64,000 nucleotides of DNA from Camelus ferus (taxonomy: Eukaryota). Shown here piece by piece: positions 11,566-24,239 of this stretch (position 1 is its first letter; each line of letters opens with the position of its first letter). The DNA lies in contig NC_045697.1 of assembly GCF_009834535.1 (NCBI RefSeq), positions 27,530,001 to 27,594,000 on the forward strand, given 5' to 3'. The notes under the pieces are model-generated. The model worked only from the letters and a program-made list of their open reading frames with translations. It did not search any database and had not been told where the DNA came from. The translations under genes and the position numbers were made by a program.

Positions 11566-12802
11566 GGAAGCTAATGTTACTACTACCATCAACATCACTA
11601 TCATTATTTTGAGCATGCTGACTGAATTTCAAATGTTATAAACTTTAATTACCTATAGATCCTCAGGGAAATATCTATTTTTCAAAGCAAGGCATTCCTG
11701 TAGCTCTTTTGAGGAAGATTGAGAGACAAAAATGTGCAGGAGGAACTCCTGGCGTTTGGGAGTGGCTGGAGAGGAAGAGGTTAGAGCTCATGCCAGGAGT
11801 TGGGCTTCAAGGGACCAGAAACAAGAAAGGGGTCCTCCTTAAGGCAGCTTGGGATAAGGAAAGCCAGGAGGACAAGCTGAATCAGACTCAGCAGAAGGAG
11901 ACAAGAGTCAGGAAGGTGGAGGAGAAGCACCAATGTCACAGGCTGAGGGGGGAGGTAAAGGCAACCGAGTCCGGGGTCTATCTCCAGAATAAATGGGTGG
12001 GGAGCCAGAGCAGGCCAGGGAGAAGAAAAGGGTCTGGAGTGCTGGCTGTGGCATCTTGGGACACGCACACCTTGCCTAACAGTCTAGGGCGGGGCAGGTG
12101 TGAGAAGGTGACAGGCAGGGAGGATGGCGTGATGGTGACCATACTGGTGACAAGACTGATCAGCCTCGTGTGTGCTCAGGGTGAACCTTTGATTACAAGG
12201 AACCCGAAGCTCTCCCCACTTCTAAAATTTTCCTTTTATTGAGTCGAATTCCCTCTGTCTTCTTGTACTCCTGGGACTGAAGTTCTTTTAGGATATTGTG
12301 AAATGTTGACTATGAACCCTCAGCAGGAAGGGGCACTGGCCTTCCACTAGTTGGAATGTAGAACAAAAGACACTTCTTTTTGCAGGAAGCAATTTCTCAG
12401 CAGAACAGCCAGGGTCACTGGTCTCACGGTCAGGCTAACTCTCACGGCCCAGCTAACTCTCACGGCCCTGAGCGTGTCTGCTCGGTCCCTGTGCTGACTG
12501 TCCAGCTCAGTGTTGGGTGCATGGGAGGTGCTCCATAAATATTTGTTAAATGAATAAATGGAAAATGCTGGAGTATCTGAAATAGCTCTTATTAAGAGAA
12601 TTTCAAAGTTCTTTTGTATTTAAAAAAATGTGAGAACTTCAAAAGACCTAAATGTTTCTGGATCTGAGAGAAGGATGAGAGGTTCAGATCCAGAAGGGAT
12701 TTGAGTTCATTGCAATCTGTCTGGAAGCAGAGGTGATGGACCTGGGCCATGTCCAGCCTAGCCCCATGGTAGCCTTATCCTAGGGCTGGCCGTGTTACAT
12801 GG

Positions 12803-13305
12803 CATATCAGCCAGGGGCCCAGTAAAGAATGGATGATACTCCCATATTGGGTAAATCAAGGAGAATTTAATAAAGCAACTATTTACAAAGGATGGGCAAG
12901 GTTTAGGGAAACCACAGGGAATGAGTTGGGAGTCTGAGGTTGGTGCAACAGGGTTGTTACCACTGCTAGGACTGAAAGGATAAGGAGAAGGTATGGGTGT
13001 GGGTCCCTGGAGAGACAGCTCTGTGAAGAGGTCTCCCTGAGAAGGCAATGACTACTGGTGGAAGGACTGGGCACACTCACTAGTGGAGAGAGCTGAGTGA
13101 ATGGATACCGCGGCCTTGAACTACCCCCTCCCAACCTCCCTCCATCCCCTGCAGTGCTCCCTACTGGCTGAATCCAACCAGATGCCAGAGGGCTGTGGAG
13201 TCTGTTGAGGCGACCCCTACAGATCAGCCTCCTGGGGTATACAGAGCAAGCTGGAGAAGGTGGGGCTTGGAGATGGAAAGGTACGTGGAGGGTTTCCTGC
13301 AGCAC
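12803..13305 (-). mobile_element. ERVL solo LTR (LTR33-like)
   Basis: ggagaatttaataaag..ctatttacaaagg...agggaaaccaca...ccaaccagatgccagaggg...tcagcctcctgggg resembles LTR33. Homologous to 35583-36045. Confidence 0.7.
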
Positions 13306-14079
13306 AGGGGGTCATTTAAGGGCCTGGGGAGAATAAAATGTAAGGTGGAGTCTTCAAGTTCCTGGGTGTGGTCACTGCTTAAGGCAATGTGTGGTCTGAC
13401 CATGGAGTCCAGCCTCTTCAGCCAAAATGTGGTCATGTGGTGGGTAACAATTAGAAAGCACGGAAGTGTCATGAAATACAGGGATGAAACTGACACAGGG
13501 TGGAGCACTGGGTGGGGCCAGAGAGGTCAGCTTAGGTGTTGCCCATTTAATCTTTAGTAATGATCCAAAAGATATAAACAGCTTGATGAAATTAGCCAAG
13601 GTGGCCAAATTACAAGGTGTTACAAACTCTGGCGGAGAGAAACTAATGAGAGACTTAACAGTGAAAAATGCCCCTGGACTTAAGGGACAGGATTTTGCCA
13701 AATGAGATTTAGGGATCTGGAGTTAGCATGATTCAAAGCACACACATCCACTAGGAGGCAGAAAACAGGAAGTCAAGACTTAGCAACCACAACTAAGTTA
13801 GGGTGAAACAGGCTGCAGGAAATGCCAGCCTCCTCCTGTCCTTCCTATGTCTCCTGGGGACTTTTGGTGGAAGGAAAAATCTGTGTTGGGTGATTCATTT
13901 GCTGCATATATGTACTTGTAGCTTGGCAAGTTCAATAACCAAAATCATTTAATTAACCAGGAACCCACACAGAGCTAAGTCCAGAAGAGTCGTATGTGCT
14001 GATGGAAGCCTTTCATAAAACTTAAAAGATTATCTTTTGTGGAATAAGATTAAAAGAATTGTTTCAATTTTTTTTTACC

Positions 14080-14560
14080 TACCCTTTGACCCAGAATTCT
14101 ACTTCAGGGAACTTATCTTAAGGAGATAATCAGGACAATTCTTAGAGCAGTAGGTATAAGATGTTCACTGTAGGGTTTGTTATAATGGCTCCAAATGAGA
14201 AACAACCTATATATTCAATAGTAGGGGATTGTTGAAACAAATTTTGCTAAATATGAATACATGTTACAGGAGAATTGGAATGACATTGGAATATGTTTAA
14301 TATGTGGCTTAGAGAGGGAAAAATAGACTCTACAACACTTTGATCACATTTTAGTTACACACACACATATACACATGGAGAGAAGACTGGAAAGATGCCT
14401 GAAATGACTGAAAATGGTTAACTCTGAAAAAGATATATGAATATATATAAGATATTTAAGAATAATTCCATTTTTCTTTTTTCTTATCTAAACTACCTCA
14501 ATTCTATCATAGACATGCATGACTTTATGGTAGGAAAGCAACTTTTTTTTGGCTCATCTA
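14080..14560 (+). mobile_element. Ancient L1ME-type 3' fragment
   Basis: ccctttgacccagaattctacttc...agatgttcactgtag...gaaacaacctatatattcaatagtagggga. Confidence 0.65.
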
Positions 14561-14852
14561 GTGAAATATGGTTTTCCTCCTAAGAACATATTGAAATATG
14601 TATAATTAAAATAACGTTTCCACCTCCTGTCCTTCCTATGTCTCTTTTGCAGTGATGAAAATCTGTTCGGTAACCCATCCCAACAAATTGTCCGTGTCCT
14701 CTTTCAGAACATTTTTCATAGTCAAATAAATTTTATTAGAATAATTAAACCCTACCTATTCTATCTAAGCCTCTCAACATGTTTCCAGAATTTGGGAGGA
14801 TCTCACATGTTTTATTTTCTCCTTGAGATGGGGTTTTATCTTATTTTATATT

Positions 14853-14920
14853 ATTTCATTTCATTTCATTTCATTTCATTTCATTTCATTTCATTTCATT
14901 TCATTTCATTTCATTTCATT
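14853..14920. repeat. (ATTTC)n pentanucleotide microsatellite, ~13 units
   Basis: Directly visible, uninterrupted. Confidence 0.95.
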
Positions 14921-15624
14921 TTTAAAACCCACAGAGAAGTTTTTTTTTGCCTCTCCAGTGCCCGTTAGCTCTGGTGTTACACCCAGACCAGTAAGGTGGG
15001 GTAGAGACACGTGTGCGGAGGTGCTTAGAGAAGTTTGGATAAAGAATTGAGGATGCACAAAGGAGGTCATTGTGTATTTTGTGGTGACACTGAAGAACAT
15101 ATCTGAGAACCAATGGAAGATCAGGGATTACAGAATCTCAAAGAGAAATAGCATTTGGCTTATGCATTATTTATTAGTTGGCTTTGAAAAAAATTATATC
15201 AAAGTTGATTGTAGGTGGGGGATGGAATTGGGGCGGATCTAATAATAGATTGTTAGACTGAAAACAATTGTAGAAATCATCAGTCATATGCCAGAGGCTT
15301 ATTCTAGTATTAAATGTGAAAGTAAAAACTTGGCAAACATCTAAATTTCTAGCAGGAGGGCTTTTTCAAAGTAAATTTTAGTAAACTCCAACAATTGGGA
15401 TACTGTGCAGCCCTTAAAGTGAGGTTACAGAGGCATATCCTTCAGTCCTTGCAGGTCACTTCTGTGGAACCTCCCTAGGTCTGGAGGTCTTCTGAGATTG
15501 AAAATTTGATGATTTCATAGATCTAGGATTCCTTATTACCCGAAAGGGCCTAATTTAAGAGAAATGATAGGATCAGGATGTAATTTGCATTCTAGGAAGT
15601 AAGGAAGAGATGTTTTTTCCCTCC

Positions 15625-15990
15625 ATTAACAAAAATTTATTGAGCATCTACTCTATTCCAGGGCTTGTGCTAGGTAGTAGATATAATAAGATGAAGAAGA
15701 TACTTTCTTCTCCTTTAAGGGATTCGCATTCGAGTGGAGGAAACAGATCCTGAAGCAGACAATCATAATAAAGTGAGGCAAGTTCTTTATCAAGTGATAA
15801 AATCTCATGGAGAGTAATGGTTATGTATTCCCTAACTATAACTCTCCAAGGAAGATAAGGACCTTCAGTATGACTTAAGAAAAGAGATACTTAAACCATG
15901 CCTTGAAAGACAAGTAAAAATTTAGCAGTCAAAAAAAGGAGTGTGTGTGTGTGTGTGTGTGTGTGATCCTGGAGGACAATGCACTCATTG
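15625..15990 (-). mobile_element. L2 fragment containing a (TG)n at ~15941-15965
   Basis: aaatttattgagcatctactctattccagggcttgtgctagg is the reverse of the L2 3' end. Confidence 0.65.
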
Positions 15991-16009
15991 GCAGGAATGA
16001 AAAGGTGAT

Positions 16010-17345
16010 GGCATTTTTTTTGTATATCTTCTGTGGTAAAGTGTCAAATCTTTTATCCACTTTTTATTGGGTTATTTTGTTAATACTTGGTTTGAGAGTT
16101 CTTTATATATTTTGGAGTCAAGTCCTTTGTCAGAAATCTGTATTGCAAATATTTTCTCCCTGTCTCTGGGTTGCCTTTCCATTAATGGTATATTTTGAGG
16201 AGCAAAAGTTTTAAATTTTGATGAAGTACAATTTTGTTATTTTTTCTTCTATGACTCATGCTTTTGTGTACTAAGAAATCTTTGCCTACATTAGAAATGC
16301 AAGGATCTTCTCCCACATTTTCTTCTAGAAGTTTTATACTTTTAGTGTCTAATAGCATTGCTAGTTAATTTGGGGATATGGTGTGATTGTAAGTTAAGGT
16401 TCATTTTTTTTTTTCATATGGCTATTCAGCTGCCCCAGCATTATGTATTTAAAACACTGTTCTTTCCACCATAGGAAATCAATTGTTGTAAATCAATTGA
16501 CCAAATCTGTGTGAGCTGATTTATGCACCCCCTATTCTGGTGCATTGATCCATAGGTTTATTCTTAGGCCAATACCAGGCTCTTTTGATTACTGTAGCTT
16601 TACAGTAAGTCTTAAAATCTCGTACTGCAAGTCTCCAAGTTCTTCTTTTTAAAAATTGCCTTGGCTATTCTAGATATTTTGTATTTCCATATACATTTTA
16701 GAATTAGCTTGTTAATTCCTACCAAAAACAGCAGCTAGAATACTGATTGGCATATGTCGAATCCATAGATCAGTGTGGAGGGAATTGATAACAACACTAT
16801 GGAATCATTCAATTCATGAATGTGCTATATGTCTACCTTTGTGCTGTATGTCTTGTCTTTGCTTTTTCTCAGTGAAAGTTTTTAGGTCTCATTGTACCAG
16901 CTTGCACATATTTTGTTAAAATTATCTCCTTGTATTTTATTTTGATACTATTCTAAGTTGGTTGTTTTACTTCAATTGCCAACTTTTTTTTTTTTTTGCT
17001 AGTGCGTAGAAATATCATTCTTATATTTACCGTCTATCCTGTGACGTTGTTAAACTAATCTATTATTTCATTTTAGTAATTAAAAAATAGATTTCTTAGG
17101 AATTTTTCCATACAGGGTCATCTTAGCTGCAAAAAAAAAGGTAATTTTACTTCTTCCTTTCTATTCTTAATGCGTTTTCTTCCTTCCTTCGTTCGTTCCT
17201 TCCTTCCTTCCCTCCCTCCCTCCTTCCCTCTTTCCCCTTTTTTTCTTTGATTTATTACACTGCTAAGATCTCCAATATAATGTTGAATAAGTGGTTAAAG
17301 TGGGTATACTTGCTTTATTCCTGATCTTAAAGGGAAAACATTTAG
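16010..17345 (-). mobile_element. Old L1M ORF2 fragment, degenerate
   Basis: ttttaaattttgatgaagt, ttgattactgtagctttac and tgttgaataagtggt...cctgatcttaaaggga match reverse L1 ORF2. No intact frame. Confidence 0.85.
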
Positions 17346-18199
17346 CAAACAGCCTGATACATGGAAGCTGCCAGAGAGTACCCCAGGGCTCCAAGGGATC
17401 TTTGAGATGTTCACAAAACCCAACCACTTCTCACTTTTTCACTGCTGACTTTGGTTCACACAATCATCTCTCAGGTGAATCCTCCCAATAGCTTCCTGAC
17501 TGTCTCCCTACGCAGACTCCACCTCCCTACCCCAGCCCCACTCCCAGTTTTACTCTCCACATAGCAGCCACATTATCCTTTTAGGACGCAAGGCAAACCT
17601 TGCCACAGGGGCTTGTTCTCTTTCTCCCTGTCACCCCTGCCTTCTCTGCATCCCTATTTACTGACTCTTCTTCCCCAGGAGTGCCAAACTTGCTCTTTCC
17701 ACAAGTTCTAGAAGATTGATGGGCCTTGATTTTTCTCTCTTAAATCCTTCTAAAGCCTGAGTTAGAGTTACCAGGCCCTTTGAACCCCAGGATGTCTGCA
17801 TCTTGGTGACCAAGTGTAGAGAAGTCCAGGAAGGCTGGTGGGTTTGCCAAGTCTCAGGAGACAGACTTTCCCTGGGGCCTCTCACTGGAAACCCTAAGGA
17901 ATATGAGTGCTTCCTAAGGTGAGACATAATGACCTTCTATGTCTCTTGCAAGTCTTTAATTAGAGACTCCATTACAGACACATCATGTTAAGTGGGACAG
18001 GAATTCCTCTAGAGGAGGGAGCAAGTAGGAAACTCCTTGGCCAGAACACAATGTTCAACCAGTCTGACATTTGTAATAATGTCTTTGCCCCTGAGGACTG
18101 TATCCATCATCCCTTAACTTCTGGTAAAAAGTGTTTAATAAAAAGGTAGGGAGGCCTTGTCCTCCAGGCATTATCAATTACTCAGGCCATCAGTCAATC

Positions 18200-18430
18200 A
18201 GCAAAGCTTCCTTGGATACCTTTCATTCCCTCGTTGTGGAAAGTACTTTCAAACGCCTTATCTCACTTCCCCCCTCAAGCCCCTTGAGAGGCAGGCAGGA
18301 CAGACATCACTCTCATCCAGACGAGGAGTCTAAGTCCCCAGAGGCTGGGCGGCATGAGATCACATGGCTAGACAGTGACGGAGCTGGGGCTGGGATCTGG
18401 GTTTCCTGATCATCACCTACTCTTTTCTCT
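18200..18430 (-). mobile_element. MIR SINE
   Basis: cagacgaggagtctaag.cccagagg...gatcacatggctag...ggagctggg. Confidence 0.65.
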
Positions 18431-18955
18431 ACACCCAGGTTGCGTCTCTAGGTGCCAGATGCTGGCTAAGCACCCAGGAGGTGGAGGACAGGTACAGATG
18501 CCATGCTCTTGGCCGTCAGACACTTGTTTGTAATGACTTGGGTCTGAGGTTGCAGCAGATACTATCTTAAAAAGACTTTCTCACTCAGTTCAAAGGCAGC
18601 AATGACAGAAAAAGCCTGGAGTATTAGGGGTGATATGCTTGCTGCGGAGAAGGGACAGGAAGGAGAGTGAGGAGGGCGTGACAGCAGTGGCGGTGGTGGT
18701 GGTGGGATAAAGGGAGACCCCCTCCAGGGCTCTGCTGGCTTCCCAGGCTGCTGGAGCCCTCAGAGCTGTTACTCTTGGCTCCTTTTTAATCACTACGTTC
18801 TCTTTTAAAGAGTTGTTTCCCGCACTCCTCCTCCCTTTTCCGCCTCTCTTGGAGAGCCCTTTAAAGCAGACCTTAAACTAAATAAACATGCAAGCGAAAC
18901 AAGCCAGGGCCATCAGATGTGAAGCCGGTAAGGTCGGGGTGTCCAGTGGGCTTGG

Positions 18956-18958
<3 letters not shown>

Positions 18959-18987
<29 letters not shown>
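18959..18987. repeat. (TG)n microsatellite
   Basis: Directly visible. Confidence 0.95.
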
Positions 18988-18990
<3 letters not shown>

Positions 18991-19264
18991 ACATAGGGTG
19001 GGGCCCCCACATCCCTTTGCCTCCTTCTCCTTTGTTCTTTTTCTTTGCTTCTTTCATGAATCTTTTAAGCAACCACCATCTGCCTTGATAGATGAGCCAA
19101 TGTTCTCACCTTATCTTATTTTGTTTTCATCTGTATCTGCCTGCCAGTCATGCTGCTCTTTCTTCCTCCTTCCTTCCCTTTCCCACCCCTTCCCTTCTTT
19201 TGTTTCTCTTTTCAGTAAAGTAGGACTCTCTGTGATCCTAAAAGGTGCACATTTAGATGATGGC

Positions 19265-20130
19265 TAGGAGGAGCAGCACTGGCCATGGATCATGGGTTTA
19301 CATCTCTCAGAGCTCGGGTCCCCATGTATACCACAGGGTTAACTATGGGAACCCCGCTGCTGGTTGGGAAGATTACATGGGAGAACACAACGGAGAACAC
19401 AGAGAACAGTGCCTGGCACACAGGAAGGACTGGATATCGCTGAATGTTAGCATCACTGAAGGAGTTCCCATAGACGAGGCACCAGGGCCAGCAGCAGTGC
19501 ATTCTGGTTTGGCTCCTGGATCTGTGGTGACCTCTGGAGACCAGGCTTTATCGCAGTATGGGAATACCTTTCCTGTTTGGCCCATTTTTTGCTTATCTGA
19601 CTAGAAAAGTGCTCGACTACTTAAAAGGTTTTCACAGGATCCCTAAACCTAAAGGAGGACGGAGAGACCAGACAGAGCTGGAATCACTGCTGGTCCTACC
19701 TACAGCTGGGACAGGGCCACTCGAAAGATGAGCATATTGGTCCTGCCTTTTGTGACAACTTTGTGACTGAGTAGATTAATGCATCTTTCTGGGTTTCCAT
19801 TTCTTAATGAAATAGGGATAGTTAGTTACTTTACAGGATTTTGTGAGGGTTAGTGAGCTGATGTCTGTGGAAGCACTTAAAACTCTAGAGCTAGACAGAC
19901 TGGAGTTGAGCTGCTGAGACCATTCTTTCTAAGCCAAGGAAAGAATCTTGGGGAGAATCATAGAACTTTAGAGCTGGACTAAGCTTGATGCGTATAGTCC
20001 TCACGGGGCATTTCACAGACGAGAAAACAGGACTGAAAGAGGAGGTGATGAGGCCATGGCCACACAGCTGTTTAATGACAGAGCTGACAACGGGGTCCCA
20101 GGGTGTGCTCCTTCACTAAACCACACTGAA
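19265..20130. mobile_element. Cluster of MIR fragments (~19265-19425 +, ~19740-19885 +, ~19955-20130 -)
   Basis: gaacagtgcctggcaca; ttttgtgagggttagtgag; tttcacagacgagaaaac. Confidence 0.55.
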
Positions 20131-20262
20131 GGACACAAAGGGAGCACAGATCCCAGTGCAGTCCCACTGATAGACTTCCTATGGGCTGCTCTCAGGGAAA
20201 CCATTCAGATTCTTTGAGTATGGGAAGCCAGATTTGAATTTTGGCCCTGTCCACCTGTGTTC

Positions 20263-20279
20263 ATTTCTTTCTTTCCCTT

Positions 20280-20359
<80 letters not shown>

Positions 20360-20398
20360 TCCCTTTCTCTCTTTCTCTCTCTCTTTCTTTCTTCCTTC

Positions 20399-20461
<63 letters not shown>

Positions 20462-20545
20462 TTTCTTTCTTTCCTTCCTTCCTTCCTTCCTTCCTTCCTT
20501 CCTTCCTTCTTTCTTTCCTTCCTTCCTTCCTTCCTTCCTCCCTTC
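20263..20545. repeat. Compound (TTTC)n/(TC)n/(TTCC)n polypyrimidine tract
   Basis: Directly visible. It explains the low-complexity ORFs at 20205-20754. Confidence 0.97.
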
Positions 20546-23485
20546 TATTAGTATTGACAAGTGCATACAGGCAGGTAACCACCACAGTTGAGACACAGAA
20601 CATTTCCATCACTCCACAAAATATTCCTTCATTCCCATTTGTAATCATCCCCTCTCCTTACCCCATCCAGCAACCCTTGGTCTGTTTTTTGTCCTTATGT
20701 CATTTTGCCTTTTTCAGATCATCACAAGTCTTAGTTCATTCAGTGTTGTTTTAACAAATAAATCAGGTAGCTTAAAAAGAACATAAATTTGTTTCCTCAC
20801 AGTTCAAAAGGCTGGAAAGTCCAAGATTAAGGCACCAGCAGATTCAGTGTCTGGCAAGAGACCATTTCTTGGTTCATAGATGGCCGGCACCTTGCTGTGT
20901 CCTCACTCAGTGGAAGGGATAGGGAGCTCTCTGAGATCTCTTTTATAGGGGCACTAATCTCATTCATGAGCACTCCACCCTCATGGTCTAATCACTTCTC
21001 AAAAGGCCCAGCTCCAAATACCATCACACTGGAGGTTGGGTTTAACATACGAATTTAGGGGACACAAACATTCAGTCCATGGCATCATATAATGGAAAGT
21101 GCAGGGTGTGGCTTTTTGAATCTGGCTTGAGTCACGTTTCATAATACATTTGATATTTATCCATGTTGTTGCATGTATCAGGAGTTGGTCTCTTTTTACT
21201 GGTGAGTGGTTCTCCATTGTACAGCTGTAATTTGTTTAACCAGGTAATAGCCATTTGGGCCATTTCAAGTTTTTGACTATGAAAAATAAAGCTGCTGTGA
21301 CTATTCACATACTTACGCTTTCTTTTCTCTGGGATAAAGATCTAAGAGTGAAATTCTTGAGTCACATGGCAAGTATACAGTAAGTAAATTGATTAGAAAC
21401 TGCCAAACTCTTTTTTGAAGTGCTGTACATTTTGCATGCCTGCCAGTGACGCATGAGAGCTCTGCTTGCTCTGCGTCCTCACCAGCACTAGATATTGACA
21501 GTTATTTTATTTTTCCCATTCTAAGATGTGTGTATCTCATTATGGTTTTAATTTTTATTTCCCTCACTACTAACGATGTTGAACATCTTTTCATGTGCTC
21601 ATTTGCCATTCGTAGGTCCTTTTGATAGTGTTGGTTCAAATCATTTGTCCACTTTTTAAAATTGGGTTTTTGTTTTCTTATTACGGAGTTTTGAGAATTT
21701 TTTTATGTGTTCTGGGTATAAATCCTTTATTTCTTTTTCTTGCCTAACTTCACTGGCTAGAATGCTCATGTAGCATGTTGAATAGAAGTAGTGAGAGTGG
21801 ACATCCTTGTTTTTTTCCTAATCTTAAGGAGAACACGTTTGATATTTCATCATTATGTATGGTGTCAGCTGTAGGTTTTTCATAGCTGCTCTTTGTCAAG
21901 TTGAGGAGGTTTCTGGTTTCTGGGAATTTTTGCCAGGAATGGGTGTCAGAGTTGATAAAGTGTTTTTCCTGAGTCTATTGAGATGCTTGCATGGTTTTCC
22001 TTTCTTTTTTTTTTAGTATGGTAAGTTTCAAATGTTAAACCCATCATGTCTTCCTAGGCTAACCTCCGCTCAGTTATGAGGTTTTTATATTGTTGGAATT
22101 GACTTACTAAAGTCTGTGTAGAATTTTTGTATCTCTCTTTGTGAGGGATCTTAGTCTGTAGTTTTCTCTTCTTAAAATATATTTGTCTGGTTTTGGTGTC
22201 AGGGTAATGCTGGCCCTTATAGAATGAGTTCGGATGTATTTCCTTTTCTTCAATTTTCTGCAAGAGCCTGTGTAGAATTGGCATTTTTCTTCCTTAAATG
22301 TTTGGTAGAATTCCAGTGAAGCCATACTGACTTGGAGTTTCCTTTGTGGGAAGGCTCTTAAACTAAAAATTCAATTTCATTAATAGGGATAGGGCTTTTG
22401 AGGTTATATTTGGTGAGTGTTGGTAGTTTGTGCTTTTAAAGGAACTTGTCCGTTTTATCTAAGCTGTCAAATTTATTGCCACAGAGCTTTTCATAATTTC
22501 TCTTATACTACATTTACTGTCTGTAGTAGCTCTAGTGATACAACTTCTGCTGTTCCTGATGTTGGTCATTTGTGTCTTGTCTCTTTTTCCTGATCTATCC
22601 AGCTAGATGCTTATTAATTTCATTGATTTTTACAAAGAATCAGTTTTTGGTTTCATTGGTTTCTGATCTTTTTTTTTTTTTTTTTTTTTGGTTTCTGATC
22701 TTATCTTTATCATTTCCTTCCTTCTGCTTGCTTTGGGTTTAATTTGTTATTCTTTTTATAGTTTACTTAGGTGAACACTTAGATAATTGATTTCTATCTT
22801 TTAATTTCTAATATAAGCACTTAATCTTATAAATTTCCCTCTACTCTCTGCTTTGGTTGCATCCTACAAATTTTTATCAGCTTTATTTTTATTTTCATTC
22901 AACTCAAAATAGTTTTTAATGTCCCTTGTGAATTCCTATCTGATCTGAGTTATTTAGAAGTATGTTTTAAAATTTCCAAATATTTGGGAATTTTCCTGAC
23001 ATATTTCTAATGTTGATTTCTAATTTAATTCCATTGTGGTCTTAGAAACCCTTTGCATGATTTCAATTGAAAAACTTTGTTGAAATGTGTTTTATGGCCA
23101 AGTACATTGTTTACCTTTACCTTGATGAAGGCTCCATGTGTACTTCAAAGGAATGTGTATTCTGACATTTTGGAGTCTTCTACAGATGTCAGTTGGGTCA
23201 AGTTGGTTGATAGTGTTATTCAGGTCCTCTCTAGCCTTACTGATTTTCTGTCTGCTTATTCTGTTGATTACTGGGAGATGAGTGTTGGAATCTTCAACTA
23301 TAATTGAAGGTCTGTCTTTTTGTCCTTTCTGTTCTATTATTTGTTCCACGTCTTTTGAAGCTCTGTTGTCAGATGCATACACATTTAGGGTTGTTATGTC
23401 TCCCTGGTAAACTAATCCCCTTTATGATTCTGTAATGCCTCTCTTTACCCTTGATAACATTCCTTGTTCTAAAGTCTGTTTTTCA
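20546..23485 (-). mobile_element. Old L1M element (3' end to EN/RT region), internally deleted and interrupted by MLT1A
   Basis: 3' end motifs gaacatttccatcactcc and atccatgttgttgcatgtatc. ORF2 remnants include ASLEFYQTFKEE and EDLNNTINQLDPTDI. Confidence 0.85.
20727..21084 (-). mobile_element. MLT1A-type MaLR solo LTR
   Basis: Typical body ctcacagttc..ggctggaaagtccaagat...ggcactaatctcattcatgag...ggacacaaacattcagtccat. 5-bp TSD TCACA/TCATA (20722-20726, 21085-21089). Confidence 0.88.
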
Positions 23486-24239
23486 CACAGTTTTTACAAC
23501 CAGAAAGGCACTGAGATCCAGGTGTAGTTGGTACCAACAGCAACCCTTAAAACTCTTTCTCTAGGCTCCTGTTTTCATGATGTGGCCTTCCTAAGCATTG
23601 TCTGAGCACGCTAAGCCCCCTGAGGAAGATGAAATAAAAAGCAGCAGGCTGAATGTTGATTTTTTGCCTCTTAAGAGCTAAATGCGGAGATATTTGAGTA
23701 ATGCTCTGGCTATAGCCCTGGGACACTTTGAGTGAGAGATGGCAACGTGGATACTGAGTCCTGCCAGGCAGGCAGGACAGAAAGCAGCAGTTGGACATGC
23801 AGCACCCATGTGCCCTGCAGTTCCCCAAATGAGGCTAATATCACAGTCAGCCTCAGATGCTTGAGAAGAGGCAGGAGACTGTGGAGTTTCCATTCTTAGC
23901 CTAGGGAAAGTGGCAGGCAGCCCTTAGGGATTTGAGAGGGCTGTGGATTTAGTGGATATGGGGATTTAGGTGTTTGGAGAGTGAGATGGCAGGGGAGGAT
24001 TTGAACATCCAGTCACTAGGGAAGGAAGAACAAGCTGAATCAATCTTCTGCATTATTTAGGCCCCTTTCTCTTAATAGTGTTAGTTTTAAATCCCTATCA
24101 CCATGTCTGGAACGTAAGTGCTCATTAAGAATTTGTTGAATGAATAAATGCCTAAACTTGAGAATAAAAGTCTATCTCATCTATACCTATGTCTTATAGT
24201 ATCTCAATACCATGACCATGTCCTTTTCTTTGATGGTTA

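Noticed and set aside
20205..20754. Phe/Leu/Ser-rich and Lys/Glu/Arg-rich ORFs
   Set aside because: Translations of the (TTTC)n/(TTCC)n microsatellite.
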